DNA of 64,000 nt from Haliotis cracherodii (taxonomy: Eukaryota): positions 11,842,001 to 11,906,000 of the forward strand of contig NW_027266319.1 in assembly GCF_022045235.1 (NCBI RefSeq), given 5' to 3'. This document shows, one piece after another, positions 1 to 13,624 of this stretch. The position numbers were made by a program, and so were the translations under genes. The notes under the pieces were generated by a model. The model saw only the letters and a list, made by a program, of their open reading frames with translations. It made no database searches and was not told where the DNA came from. Every line of letters starts with the position of its first letter. The first letter of the stretch is position 1.

Positions 1-922
1 GACCCCTTCCCATCTCCTCTCGCATCCCCCGTATCCCTCAACCCCCCGACCCCTGCTTGTGCATCCCCATGGCAGGAACGACAGATGGCTGGTGTAGACA
101 CCGGCGTGAGAACTGGCCCGACGTCGCTGAAAAGGGATGGGGGAGGATTCACAGCTTAAACGACAAGTCTTCATATTATTTCCCCAGATAATTAATGTAA
201 AACTAATTCACAAGGCGATGACATAGGTGTGTGTGTTGTTGTTGTTGTTGATGATGTTGTTGTCTTTTGGTCACGTAACCCGGAGGTCAGCTGTGTCTAA
301 TGTTCCAATGTACATTTATATACGGACTCAGTTTAAAAGTGAAACAAACCAAATATACATTATGACTACCGTCGACAATATCCTTGAATCCAGGACGTTC
401 ACGTACACCATAACACATGAGCTGATGTTCTGCTTCCTTAATGAAACAAAATATTAATTAGGGGTGTGGTGGATAGAAGAAAAATGTGTATCTGTAGCGT
501 TGTGTGGGCAGGGGTTTAGCATGTACAAATTTGTCTCTAATAACCCCCCCCCCCCCCCCCCCCCCCCCTCCCCCCAACAGCTATTCGGACAAAGAAAAAA
601 ATGTGAAAGGGACGAGTGTGTGTGTGTGTGTGTGGGGGGGGGGGGGGTATAAAAAAAGATGCAGTGTTTTCAGGTTGGCAGCCATTACAATAGCAATCGA
701 TAGGATTGTTGTCACGCATTCGCGAAAGAAAGCAACAATCCGTCCTTTGTCTCACGCCAAGCCATCATTTTAGAGGGATTTCATGCATGTCAGCGAAAAC
801 ACGTTCACGGTCGACCTTGACCGGTGAGTAGTCACACAATTAGAGTGAAGAGCGAATCAATTATGATCGAAACGTTGACCATTACAAAGCAAATAAAACA
901 ATAAAAAAAATACAATCCTTAC

Positions 923-1013
923 TTTCCGTGTCATTATATTTTGCATGTCTTTGTTTGAATTGTGAGTAATCACTTCGGGTGTTCACAACTAACATCCCCG
1001 TCTTCCCTGGCAT
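923..1013 (-). CDS. Candidate first coding exon of an unidentified gene divergent from BTG (MPGKTGMLVVNTRSDYSQFKQRHAKYNDTE)
   Basis: ATG in atcATG context at 1013, 30 open codons +1 nt, then GTAAGG donor at 922-917; non-repetitive sequence. No family recognised. Confidence 0.3.
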
Positions 1014-2239
1014 GATGAAGACTGCTGTTGCCAAAGAAAGAGATGTTGTAAACACAGGTTTGGCATGCTGTATCAAAGGATTACCCTTCAGACCCCGTAA
1101 AAAGACTTGAACTGTTTCCTCTTCCTTCGTCAAATATCACAAAATCCAGAAATAATCTCACGTTTGCAGCATCGGTCGACATGGGCTTCGTGGAGCATTA
1201 ATTCAACACATTCGTAGAATTCACATGATCTAAATACCATTGCATTTTTTTAGTATTTTATATATACATAACATACATAAGGTATCTGATAAATTGTTAT
1301 CATATAATAAATACCGATAAGAGAAATGTTTTGTAGTTTTAATAACTTCTTCATCAAGCCAAACAACGTTACGTCAATAGCCATGCGTGTGCGTTTATAT
1401 GTAGCATATTACAAGCGTTTCTCTTCTATCTTAGCGTTCATTTTATACGTTTTATATATTCCTATGTTTGTAAAGATATGAACAAGTTTTCTCTCAAAAT
1501 CACATACTGATTTGATACAATATTTCACCGAATTTCAGTAATTATATATGTATATGTATTAATTCAGACAGGCAAGATAAGACTTTGTGTTGAAAATGAA
1601 ATATCAAATTCACTCTTCATTGAAAAGAATATAATTCACGCTTCTAACGTCATATTTCGCGGACACTGCGATTTACTGTGCATCTAGCGGTTTCTAGAAG
1701 ATCAGAACTCGCTGAGTTTGACCTATAGCACGGCGGTTAACCGGCTAGTATTATTTGCCGTATCGTCATGACATAATTATAGAACCACGAAAGTAGGTTA
1801 CAGATCTATGGCGGCCATATGCTACACCAGTTTGTTATGATAGTCAAGTCAAATGTCGAGGGAATATCATCATCCAGTTGTGAAATACAGGTGTTTTTTT
1901 GTGAAAGAAAACGATGAACACATTAATCATGAAATACATTGAAATGGATTGCCTATACTTATCCTCCATTGCCAGTGACCGAGATTTCACAACATTTACT
2001 ATCCCTTAACCTTTGACATCTTGACGAATAATTCTAGATATCTCCCGAAGCGTGTCAGTCTGTTTCTCTATGGCTCAATCGTAAAATGCTTACAATAACA
2101 GCACGCCTCAACAACCTCTGTATAAGGCGCTCGCAGTGCGCATGTCAAACGGGGCAGGGCTACGGATAATCGAAGGACTTGACCGACGGGTTGTTGTTAT
2201 TGTGAAGGACGCATGTATTTACACATCACATCTAATTTT

Positions 2240-2335
2240 AGATATTCCAAATATGGGAGTCATAGCCTCAGAGCAACGCCAGCCATTGGATGAAGCAGGT
2301 CATGTGACACGCACGGTGTTATGACGTAGACTTGA
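2240..2335 (+). promoter_or_regulatory. BTG proximal promoter with CArG box, CCAAT box and CRE-like site
   Basis: Perfect CArG CCAAATATGG at 2247-2256, ATTGG (reverse CCAAT) near 2285, TGACGTA near 2322; 330-420 bp upstream of the BTG ATG. Confidence 0.55.
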
Positions 2336-2665
2336 GTCAGCTGCAACAAATACTCGAGAAAAGACGCCATAGCTGCAGTAGTCGAGGCCAAGAGAACGAG
2401 AGAGCAAGCAAATATTTTAGCGGCGTTGAGGTCGAAGCGGCTCCGCAGAACGAAAAGATCTGGACAGAGGTATTGAAATTTGTGAATAGAAACGTACTGG
2501 ATAGTTTAGTAACGTGTGTGAGTTTTCTATCTCAAGAACTTTCACCACTGAGGTTGACCGGCTTTGTTTCCGAGGGAGCGTCAGCAGCCATTTTGGAGTG
2601 AGTGTTTACTCGTCGTTTGACATTTCACATTTAGACTATACCTGTATGTCACAGGCCTTTGAATT

Positions 2666-3091
2666 ATGAAGAACGAAATTAGAAGTGCAACGGATTTTCT
2701 TTCGAATCTGTTAAGATCTCGAAATGTGCCTGCGGATAGAATTGACTCTTTCCGCACCCATCTGCAAAATCTTCTGTGCAACCACTATCAAAATCACTGG
2801 TTCCCCGAGAAGCCCTTCAAAGGGAGTGGCTACAGGTGTATCAGAATTAATCACAAGATGGACCCTCTTGTAAAACGGGCAGCTGTGGACTGTGGAATGA
2901 ACGAAGCAAACTTTCATACCCTCTTTCCTAGCGAACTCACGATGTGGGTTGATCCCAGAGAGGTTTCGTACCGCTTTGGTGAAAATGGCAGCATTGGGAT
3001 GTTGTATGAAAGTGACTTGCCTCATGTTATTAGCCAGAAACACAAGGAAAAGCAGTCTCAGCGTCAACAGGAGTTAGTTGAAGCTAAACAA

Positions 3092-3129
<38 letters not shown>

Positions 3130-3259
3130 CTCGTCTCCAAGTCTACAAGCTGATCTCGAGTTCAATACGATTGGGTATTCGTGTAAAGACCAGCTTATGA
3201 ATGTCTTGCCCATCAATGTGTCCAGGGACAGTTTGAAGCAACTGGCAGCATATGTTTAA
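2666..3259 (+). CDS. BTG1: BTG/Tob family antiproliferative protein, BTG1/BTG2-like, 197 aa, intronless CDS
   Basis: N-terminus MKNEIRSATDFL; Box A YQNHWFPEKPFKGSGYRCIRI; Box B LFPSELTMWVDPREVSYRFGE; Box C-like NGSIGMLYE; C-terminal polyQ; no PAM2 motif seen, so not Tob-like. Confidence 0.95.
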
Positions 3260-3931
3260 CAGATTCTGTCCCATGACTCGGGTCGGCTCACGAATCCTAG
3301 CCAAAGATTTCATCGGATCATCTGTAAATATCTCTGGACCACGACCACCCATCTCGTACAATGGACTTTGAATTCAGGAACATAGTTCAGTATTCATTCT
3401 ATTTTTCAGTGAACTGTTTTGAAAAATGGCCGTAGTGAATTCTGAATGTAGTGCTAGATGAATGTATGTGCTAGACTGGCAGTGATAAAATCAAGGTATT
3501 TAATCCGTGAATGTGATGCTGGACCAACAGCCAATCTAGTGATGATGGATTTTAACTCAATTATGGAATCCTATGTAATTTAATCGTAATTCTACAGTGA
3601 TTTTTGTTCCTTTCATTTGTTTCTTGAGTATGAATTCCCAAGATCTGAGTGAGTGGGTCGAAAATGTATGTATGGTAAGGTCAGGATGATTGAGTCTCTA
3701 TGTATAGTTGTGATTGAGAAAGTTCCTGTTCAAAGAACGGGTTATTGTCTTTCATTGTTTTATTCCAACTCGCATCCTGATCTCCAAAACATGCCCGACC
3801 AAAGTTTGTGGATGTAAATTTGTTGTAAAGCAATCATCTGTACATGTACTCATACATTGTACAAAACATGTCTGTACTATGTGCAGATGTATCGTTTTTC
3901 ATAAAATGAGAAAAAACAAAGAAGCAAGTGG

Positions 3932-3937
3932 AATAAA
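3932..3937 (+). terminator. Probable BTG polyadenylation signal
   Basis: AATAAA about 670 nt after the stop, followed by a GT-rich element (tttgtgttc); the intervening 3'UTR is AU-rich. Confidence 0.5.
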
Positions 3938-6894
3938 TCTCAACTATTTATGATGCATATTTGAGGATTTGTGTTCTTAATAAGATGGAATAATATCATT
4001 TCCTTGAGACCATGAGTGTAGAAATATTAATTTCTACACCCATGGTCCTGTTGGATATTTACTTGGAGTAAATGGTAAATTGAAGACAAATTTACCCAAC
4101 ATGGAGTTTACCAACCAACGGCTCAGTACGGATATAGGCATTGAACGCCAGGAGTACAGAATTATTCTTTGGTTTATCAAATGGATGATCTGAGATACAT
4201 TTAAATGTACATTTTCATTTACAATAATGTTTTGAAACTAAGAATCCTAGACTAGATCATCCATTTGGTATGTGTTTCTACCGTTTTGCGCCTCAAACCG
4301 CTCTGCTCTGCTCTTTTATTGAAATCTTGAAAAAAACTGTCAAAATTATCGAAATTGTTTTTGTATACTTGAAATCTTTGGGGCTACATCAGTATGAAAC
4401 GAACACTTGTGACCTAGAACTTTGGAACTGGCCCGATATAGCACAGCTGGTTTATGCTGCGCGAAATGTTATTTTGAAACATTAGCGGGAACAGCTGTTG
4501 GGAGACTTGCGCCAAAACAGCAACAAAAGCAATTTAGTGTTTCCAGCTCACACCGCTCAGGATAAGCAGGTGCCGTTTTCACAGTAAGAGCTGATATGCG
4601 AGTACAACAGCAGTACTGTATTTGGTCATCGCCTCACTGACTCAACATTAGTAATACTTCTGCCTAGTAGTAAAGGAGGTGTTTCATACATATGGAGAGT
4701 ATTTGTTGTAGTAATCCTACACTGCACAATAGAAAGGACAATAAGCTGAACGGTTAACCATACGTCCGCCATATTGCTGAAACATTGCCGATGCGACCTC
4801 AAATAATAACCCTGAACTCTGTTCTTACATTGCAGTGGTATGTTGAAATAGTTCAGGCAGTTGTTGCATATCCTTTAGCGGATAGACACCATAAGGTCCA
4901 ATACAAAATATTTCACAGCTAGTTTTGAGCTTTCTGTGTAAAATGACTACAGTTTGAGAGAACAGTCCTAGATTTTCACTTGTGTCGGACTAACAGATTA
5001 GTAGAAATGTCTAACCCTGCTGAGTAAGGGATGGTCCGAGCTGTGCTTTTATTGTCAGCGTTTTTAGCAATCTTTCATGTCATAGATTAATCATAGATTA
5101 AACAGAAACAAACATTTGTCTCGAAAGGTATATCGAAGTAGTGTTACATCTGGCAAACCATGTATTCATTTATCTGTGACAAAACCGCACTACATCTGAC
5201 ATCTGTCAGTGTCAGGGATGACATCTTTAAGAGGGGTCACCACATACTATAACGTATGCTAATTAATGAAACCAAGAGTGGGGGATATTTTGCACAATAG
5301 GGAGGCTAATTAAGAGAATGGTGTAATTACACGAAACCCTAAAGATGAACGAGACCAATTCAAGAAAATAAACTTGAAATAATATACACAATTATGACTG
5401 GATGTTAAACATGCTAATACTCGTCAACTCAATACGGCTTTCTACGTTCTCTTGACTATTTGCGAGATCTGCAAAAGCTTGCTTTGCTGTTGGAATCTGT
5501 GTAACGGGATATGGTACACAATGTACATCTCGGTAGAAGATAACTTATTGACTCGCGTGACTGCTGCATAAACGCGTTCCAGTTAGCTACATGCCCGATT
5601 GTTCCATCACAAGCCACAGTCACAAATCTCAATCTCAAAATCTAAACAACACTGCCGACATTAAAACAAACAGTTTTTGACGTTCATTTCTAAACTGACT
5701 GGAACCGTCTCATTTTCATCACTCTATATCTCCATTCTAAATCCTGAAAATAACTCCCACGTGTGATGGAGTTGAGAAAGACCCAAGTTGTTTACGATCT
5801 TGCCTCTCAAGGATTCGCAACGTCCAAAATGGAAATTGCCCCAGACCTAATTCGTCATTGGATCCATTTGTGGGCGAGATCGACGCCCACATAAGTCATG
5901 AATCAGTGAATAGTGTGGCGTGTGGTTATTGATTTTGGAGTAGAATAAGGCTTGAACCCCTTGATTTGAGTGCGGACATGGTGATCATCTATACCGGTCA
6001 CTGCATACTGATTGGCATTTCACTGAACACTGTGCAGATAACATGTATGGTAAATTCGGGTACTGCTTATGGCTGGCTTACTCTCGACGTGTATAACTTA
6101 TGTTTCATTAAAATCGGAGAATGTTTCGTTGACCAAAATCCAGATTTGGGATGGATTTTGAAATAAAAGAGGCTAAAACATTTCCATAATCATAAGAGAG
6201 TCCGTTGTACGTTTTCGAGTACATCACAAGTATAGGTTAATGAATGACTATCAAATAGTGATGACACCAGGTGTTCGCGATAGACCTGTCAACAACAATA
6301 ATATCGCGGAGCTTTTGACATACCTGTACATTTAATCGATAACTGTATTTCACCTAAGTTAATTCCAAATTTAAACAGGCACTAGACATGCTTTGGTAAT
6401 ATTGCTCAAATTTATACTTTAGTGTAGCAAACAAAAACTACTACTTTTGTCAAGAGATTCAGACCACATTTACAGTAAAGGATAGATAAAGATAATATAA
6501 CATAGCCAAATACTATCAATGTTTGATTCGATCTGTATTACAAGAATGTGTTGATTATCCATTTAAAGTGTGCTCATTATTTTGTTGGAACATTTGTTAA
6601 GAGTTTAGTCCGACTGGAAATAGAAGGTATAGCCGAGATTAGAAATTAGTTTATCATCCAAATCTGGCTTCCACGGAGCTATCGCTGGTGTAAGATGAAG
6701 TTATACCTCCTGGGAGATATTGTTACAATGAAATTTGAATCACAATGCTTTGCAGACCATTGTGGCGTCATCGGTTACCCTGACGTCACATCAAATTACA
6801 TCACTATCCTTTATGCTGCTGTATGTTAGCTGTATTTTTTACACTGACGACACTAGGTAATACTGTCTACAAAATAAAACTCTTGGATGCTTGG

Positions 6895-7047
6895 ATGATA
6901 AATAGAATCTTACCCTCGTGTCATATCAACATGGGTCGATAAAAAGTTGAACTGCGATGCTGGCTGTGGAGTTAACAACTTTCATGGACGAGTGGTGATA
7001 TATTTGATATCAAAAGACATTCAGGCGAGATTCTCTTACCACTCAGA
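6895..7047. mobile_element. Degenerate palindromic MITE-like element
   Basis: Imperfect inverted ends (gataaatagaatcttaccctcgtgtc ... gacattcaggcgagattctcttacc). Confidence 0.4.
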
Positions 7048-8457
7048 GACGTTAAAGAACGCCCGATTTGATTATATACAATCAGTTAATCTGTAATGGC
7101 TGGTGGGTATTGGAGCATACAACCTTCAAATTGTGGCGTTCTTTAACTTGTTTTGAGTTTTGACGGAAATGTAGCAAAGTGTTAAGCGTTGATATTTGCA
7201 TCATATTTACAAGTACAAATAACTCATTGTGTTACTTTCCCGTTCAACAACCATGTCCAGAACACGTCCAACCCCCAGCATAAACACGGGATCTAAGACA
7301 GTGACAAATGCATGTTCGTGTGAAACTCACATCTAATGTATAGCCATGTAAGGAGAAGGGAATGAAATTATTATTATTCTCGGAGTTATTGTAAAGCTTC
7401 TTAAACTGTTTTTAATTCATATATACAGTATCAAAAATAGTACAGCATCATACAGACATACCCGTGACCCTAGAACCCTTCTATACTGGACCCTGAACAT
7501 ACATACATGGGATTTATCACCATCACCACAAGTCGTTGATCATCACTCGCTGCATCATATGTCAAGACGTTCCTGTGACCCACACGTGACACAGGCACGT
7601 AATTATAGTGGCGTGACACAGCACACTGATGTCACAGCAGGGGTCGGGACACAATCGTGCCCCTGTGGCAATCACCGGGATTACTTGGTGGACTAGTAAG
7701 CGCCCAGTGACAGTGTCCATCATGCTTTAAAATAACGAGGTCATGTCAGTGACCATGTTTTCTGTACTTTATTTCAAAATGTTACCAATTAAATATACAT
7801 ATTCCATTTTAAGTTAGATCACCTTTAAGTCTCTGAAATTATTTTCTTTTGAAATCCTAACATATAATAGAAAAGAGCCAATAATCTCTTTACTTTCAGA
7901 CTGAAGTGATGTAGACTTGCTAAAGAATTGTAGACTTGCTTGGGAAATTTGGAATGGCCTAGACGAGAGTTACTTAAACGTTTTAGGACGAAATACCATT
8001 GGGTCCAGTAACTCATATTTGCTATCATCAACGCATCGCTTTGTTAAATAGTCGTTATAAAGATTTATAACCTTTGAAACAATGTGAACATTCAAGAAAT
8101 CTATATTGAACAATGGACTGCGTATGAAGTTTCTATGATTATCAAGCATTATAGTCACGTGACTGACGCCCGGTGACACGCTCAAACCACAATACGAAAT
8201 ATAATATTACCATTTGAATGCCTTTCAACACATCTGCTGTGATGGAGCGATATGTACCATTTACTGTGAACCGTTAAGTATATATTATATATTGACTGTT
8301 CAGTATATATCACTGTGTTTGTCATGGTTGTGACATTTGTTTGGTAGGTTCGATCTCAGGAAATTTGGTGATGTGAATGAGTGGATGTTGTTTTTATGCC
8401 ACAAACAACGCTATTCGAGCAATGTCGTGGCGATCTGTGCTTTTTTTTCCTCTTTTT

Positions 8458-8703
8458 TTTACGCCGCACTCAGCAATATTCCATCTATATGATCACGGTC
8501 GGTAAATAATTGACTCTGGACCAGACAATCCAGTTATTGACATCATGAGCATCGATCCACGCAATTGGGATACGATGACATGCATCAACCAAGTCAGCGA
8601 TCCTGACCACCCGATCCCGTTAGTCGCCTCTTACAACAAGCATAGTCGTCTGTTACGGCAAGCGTGGGTTACTGAAGACCTATTCAACCCCGGATCTTCG
8701 CGG
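8458..8703 (-). mobile_element. Retroposon family A (structured non-tRNA head), near full length
   Basis: Matches the other family A copies along its length. Confidence 0.85.
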
Positions 8704-8995
8704 CTGTCTGTGCATATTCGACTCTGGAACAGGCAAACCGGTTGTTGATAGCATGAACGACATTCAACGCCATCAGGGTACGATGCCACACGGCAAGCTA
8801 ACTCACCCAGCCTCATCAACCGATCCTCAAGGTTGGAGATATTGGGGACGTCATCAGACATGGATGGAGTCTTAAACTGCTATTGGTAGTCTGGAGTGGC
8901 GTATAAACACAAATATTTTGGACACTATAACGACATACTCTCATTTGACTTGAAGTGTGTATCGTTTACAACATACATAATACATACTGATGTAT

Positions 8996-9229
8996 GTTTG
9001 TTTATTTGTTTGTTTGTTTTGTTTTTTGTTTACTTGTTTGTTTGTTTGTTTACTTGTTTGTTGTTTAACGCCGCACTTAGCAATATTCCAGCTATATGAC
9101 GGCAGTATGTAAAAAAAAGAGTGTGGACCAGACAATCCAGATATTGACATCATGAGCATCGATCCACGCAATTGGGATACGATAACATGCATCCACCAAG
9201 TCAGCGTTTCTGACCACCCGATTCCGTTA
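8996..9229 (-). mobile_element. Retroposon family A, 5'-truncated, long (AAAC)n tail
   Basis: 3' part of the family A consensus plus expanded tail. Confidence 0.85.
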
Positions 9230-9503
9230 TACTGATAGAAACAAGCAAGGGAACACACACAATAGCTGTTATGATATATTTGCTTCTGAGTTCAATATAC
9301 ACACTTCAATGAACAACACAAGAAGAGACAATGAAATATTGTGCCAATCAATTGTCAACCAATCTCCGGTCAATGTCAAGGCATATGTACATACACGTTG
9401 GTCGTGTCAAACAAATGCCATGTGTATACGTTTCCGTTCTTATTCCCGTAAGTATACATACATTTCTATTTTATTATACCAGCTGACCGTTGTTGTCACT
9501 ATA

Positions 9504-9678
9504 CAGTAAACTACGGTTATAACGAACACGCTTATAACGAACTGACCAATATAACGAACTTATTTTTTAGTCCCGGCCATTTGTTGTATATATGCTGTAT
9601 ATATGCTTATAACGAACTACGGTTGTAACGAACTAAAATAAGTGGTCCCTTTGAGTTCGTTATAACCGTAGTTTACTG
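9504..9678. mobile_element. MITE family M1 (Tc1/mariner-pogo type)
   Basis: 24-bp TIR CAGTAAACTACGGTTATAACGAAC, flanking TA on both sides, internal TATAACGAAC repeats. Confidence 0.9.
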
Positions 9679-10177
9679 TAAACCTATGAATGAACCTATG
9701 ACTCCTACTGACCAGCTCGCCTTCTTAATGCAATGCGATGAATTATCGGCAAGCCTTGCCGCTTTAGTGAACCGGATGTTTCAGCGTAGAAAGCATTTTA
9801 CAATAACTAGTAATATGCCATTGGACAGGGCGCACGTCGCCCGTCTCGCATTGCTATGACTGTTGCACATGTAGTTGTATCCATCTATTTTATTTACCTA
9901 TATCTATCCAATCATTTACTTAAGGCGGGATACATGTCACGCACACGTTTTACATCGTTTATTTTAAATGTATATATATTTTCTTTTTTTCTTTATTTTT
10001 CTTTTTTTATTTTTATTTTTTTTTTAACATTTATGTTTTTAGCACACTATGTGCTTTTATTTATACTTATGAGATATTTGATGTCCCATAGGCCATATCG
10101 GCCGGATGATATACAATAATTGTTTTTAACTGTTTGACCTTATGTATGTATATCATGCGACACCTTAATAAAATATT

Positions 10178-10182
10178 TTCTT

Positions 10183-10213
<31 letters not shown>
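10178..10213. repeat. (TTC)n microsatellite
   Basis: Direct observation. Confidence 0.95.
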
Positions 10214-10821
10214 TGTAAGTAATAACGGTAACCGGAGTTCTGACTTCTGGTGCACTTAAGCATATACTATAGAGTTTTAGCGCCCGTAACGGGCAAAAAC
10301 AACTTTGCAATCAGTTCGGCTAATTAGAGAAGTCTAGTTGTACCTTTAGACACCTTTGTTTACTTGCACCTTTGTGAGAAGGATTTTTTGTGCGTATTTG
10401 AATTTTTCCTGACCTTCTTTGGATGACGTTGATAGCTTTATAAGCGCTGACTTCCCCTCTAGATGAACGTACGGCACGTTTCACGCCTAATTGTGAAAAC
10501 AGCCACGTCAAACAAGGACACGCATTTACGTAATGGTTAAACTTTATTGCAAGGACAGTGTTTAGGAGAAAATAACCAAAATATAAACAGCTGGAGGATG
10601 TAGTAAGAATGAGATCAATGTTCAAATAATGAACAGCATTTTGGTTTCAATCACGTGTACGGGTGTTGCTCCACATTTTACTACAGCGTCAGCAGTTTCC
10701 GCGCCATCACCAACATCATCATCTTCATCGCAGTGGTAGTTTATTGTCTCAGCTAAACATGTCTCACCTCGGAACATCCTAAGTCCCTCTGTCCACCCGT
10801 CCATCCTTTTATTTACATATA

Positions 10822-10995
10822 CAGTAAACGACGGTTATAACGAACACGCTTATAACGAACTAACGGATATAACGAACTAACTTTTCAGCCCCGACTATAT
10901 GCTGTAGTTATTCTGGATATATGCTTATAACGAATTACGGTTATAACGAACTAAAACTAGTTGTTCCTTGAGTTCGTTATAACCGTAGTTTACTG
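10822..10995. mobile_element. MITE family M1
   Basis: Same TIRs and TA target duplication as 9504-9678. Confidence 0.9.
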
Positions 10996-12631
10996 TATAA
11001 CGATAAAAGTGAAAACAACGAATTAAAGAAAATACACCATGTCATCTAAAGTTAGTTGTATATTTCTTTCTCTCCTATTTCATACTGCAACGCTGCAGGG
11101 ATAAAAAAGACTATACAATCTGCAAACTAATATAATTATCTTAGAGTTTGTCATGTGCTGTTCACTGTTATACTGCACTTGTGGATTATAGGCTTGTTGG
11201 GGCTCCTCTCCCAGGAAAGTTCATTCATCTTCTGAGGGATGAAAAAATTAGAACCCCGGCGGAAGAAAAAACACCTCTACAAACACAAAAGCTATTCCTA
11301 TCTACACACCTATTCAAGATCTACAGCAGAAGATATTCCTTGGCGAGTTGCCAACCCCTCTTCAGATGTCTCGTGTTCAAATCCAATAGATACGGCCTGT
11401 CGGCGGATACGAGACTCTCGCTGCTTCAATATTTGTACCAGGACTAATTCTTATGTGCCAGACAATCCCTCGTTTGCTTTCGCTAGGTGGAAACAACAAT
11501 CGACAATTATTCGCCAAGCCGAAAGTTGGCTCAGTTCACAAGCGAACGAGCATTGGTCGTGGATTTAACAGCGCGTTTACGGGGATGAATTCCAATTGGG
11601 TTGGGTTGTGAGTCCCATCGTGGACGAAATGTTCGATTTCTGGTGAGTTCATCACCGAGAGCCTTACTTTCTCCCATACTGTCAACATTTGCAATGAAGG
11701 CGGAGCATCAATGCCTCCTCCTTGGGACTCAGAATATCACAAGCTGGTCAATTAAAGTAATAAGGAAATCTCTTACGAACGCAGTGCTATTCAAAACAAT
11801 CACGTTTGAAATTGGTATTTACTTTTCAAGATCTTCCAGATTTGAAATCGGTTCCCTTAATTCGTTGAGTGAAATGTTGCCTTGACCCATATGAAAAAAA
11901 GAAAGCGTGACGTTTGATACACGATTCGATTACCCTTTCACATCCTTTCTTATTTGTTAGCAAATACCCACGTGACATACACCAATAACGCCTTTGCAAT
12001 CAGCCTGACGCTCTTTGAATGAGTACGTGACATAGAAAGGTGTGTTGTGTTGGATGAGAGAGGTTTGGTCTTAATAACAATTGTAAGTCTGGTGTATAAT
12101 CATGTTTGGAGACACTTTGGACATACAAACGAATCTTATTACCGCATGAGTGGGCATTATGTATGTTACGCTTCCTCCACCCATAATTAATAGCGCTGCT
12201 CTTAACGCACTTGAACGTTGTACGACGCTATATTATAAGAGGCTGTTCCGAACAGTGGTCGCGTTTTTTATGTTTTTAGATTTCAACAAAGGTCAAGTTT
12301 GTCGATCGTGGGAAAGACATTAGACAGAAGTTATTCATTCTGTGGGTTGAGGACGAGCAGTGTGTATCTCTGACAATAGTAACATATCATTCACATGATT
12401 GTGAAAACGGAACTCCTTTGTAAAATCCATTTTCTGCCAAAACATCAATTATTTTGTTTACATACTCTGCAATGGCCTTTAGGAATGCAGCGTCGAGAAT
12501 GGGTAACCCAGTTACAGTCGTCAGATTTCTGTATTGGATTTAGAGGTTTCAAATGTCCACGCCGACAACACAGCCACATGTAAGTGAAGAGATCGATTTG
12601 ATTAAAATAAGTGTATTGGGAGTATTGAGTT

Positions 12632-12897
12632 TCTTTGTTTGTTTGTTGTTTAACGCCGCACCCAGCAATATTCCAGCTATATGATGGCGGTCTGTAAATA
12701 ATCAAGTCTGGACCAGAAACTCAATTGATTGACATCATGAGCATGGATCCACGCAATTGGGATATGATGAAATGCACCAACCAAATCACCGAACCTGACC
12801 ACCCGATCCTGTTAGTCGCCTCTTACGACAAGCGTAGTCGCCCTTTACGGCAAGCATGGTTTGCTGAAGACCTATTCTACCCCGGATCTTCACGGGT
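12632..12897 (-). mobile_element. Retroposon family A, full length
   Basis: TSD gagtat(t/c)gagtt at 12620-12631 and 12898-12909; (AAAC)n tail. Confidence 0.9.
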
Positions 12898-13248
12898 GAG
12901 TATCGAGTTACTATAGTTGATGTGCTTAGGGAGAGATGTTCTATTCATCGGCTTGCTATTACTGACTATAAGATATGTGTTTTTTCGCTTGCACCCATTT
13001 TTACCCCTTCCCGCGACAACCCATTCCCTCAAAACATCTGTTTTTCTTCTAGGATATACACAAGATATGTTTGATATTAAAAACAGAAAAAAACGACCGA
13101 CTTTTATGAACCCGTGTTTACCTAAAGAGCCAGGGAAAAGAAAGTATACACTAGAAATTTGGATGTGACCACAAATTACAAATTTATCAAAATGATACAA
13201 GGCCGAAAACAGTCACTGAAAACTGAAGGTTCAAAGGGCAGACATGAT

Positions 13249-13533
13249 AGTGAGTGAGTGAGTGAGTTGGGTTTAACACCGCTTTTAACAGTATTCCAGT
13301 TATATCACGGCGTGTCAGCTTAATGTGGGAGGAAAGCCCGAAGTGATGCAGGTCTCAGACGTTTACCACTTCGGTGAAACCAACGAGCACGGGTATGGTG
13401 CTGACAAACCTAGGAACCTAATCAGGGCGAACCGGGATTCGAACCCACAATCATAGGTGTCTGGCGTGCCCAAGGGACGCAACTCTGCACAGCGAATCGC
13501 GGCGCCTCAGACGACTGGGCTGCCCGTGCCCCC
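13249..13533 (-). mobile_element. SINE family C (tRNA-like head with long A-B box spacer, V-domain-like body)
   Basis: A-box-like GGCCCAGTCGTCTAAGGCGC, B box GGGTTCGAATCCC, TTTCCTCCCACA motif, (ACTC)n tail; five copies in window. Confidence 0.85.
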
Positions 13534-13624
13534 TCTCCTGTATGTATGTCGCTTGGAGTGGTTATATATACTACATGGTGGCCATGTTTATACACTGTCC
13601 TCTCAGTTTATGTTACTGTCGACA

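Noticed and set aside
2332-2654. 89-aa upstream ORF and a possible 57-nt 5'UTR intron (GTGAGT 2598 to ACAG 2654)
   Set aside because: The ORF starts at TTG and spans promoter/UTR sequence; the intron is very short and unsupported without transcripts.
3257-3385. Stop-codon readthrough of BTG
   Set aside because: TAA is the least leaky stop and the in-frame extension shows no recognisable feature.
11148-11885. Cluster of ~100-aa ORFs as a gene
   Set aside because: Overlapping frames, no recognisable domain or coherent splice structure.
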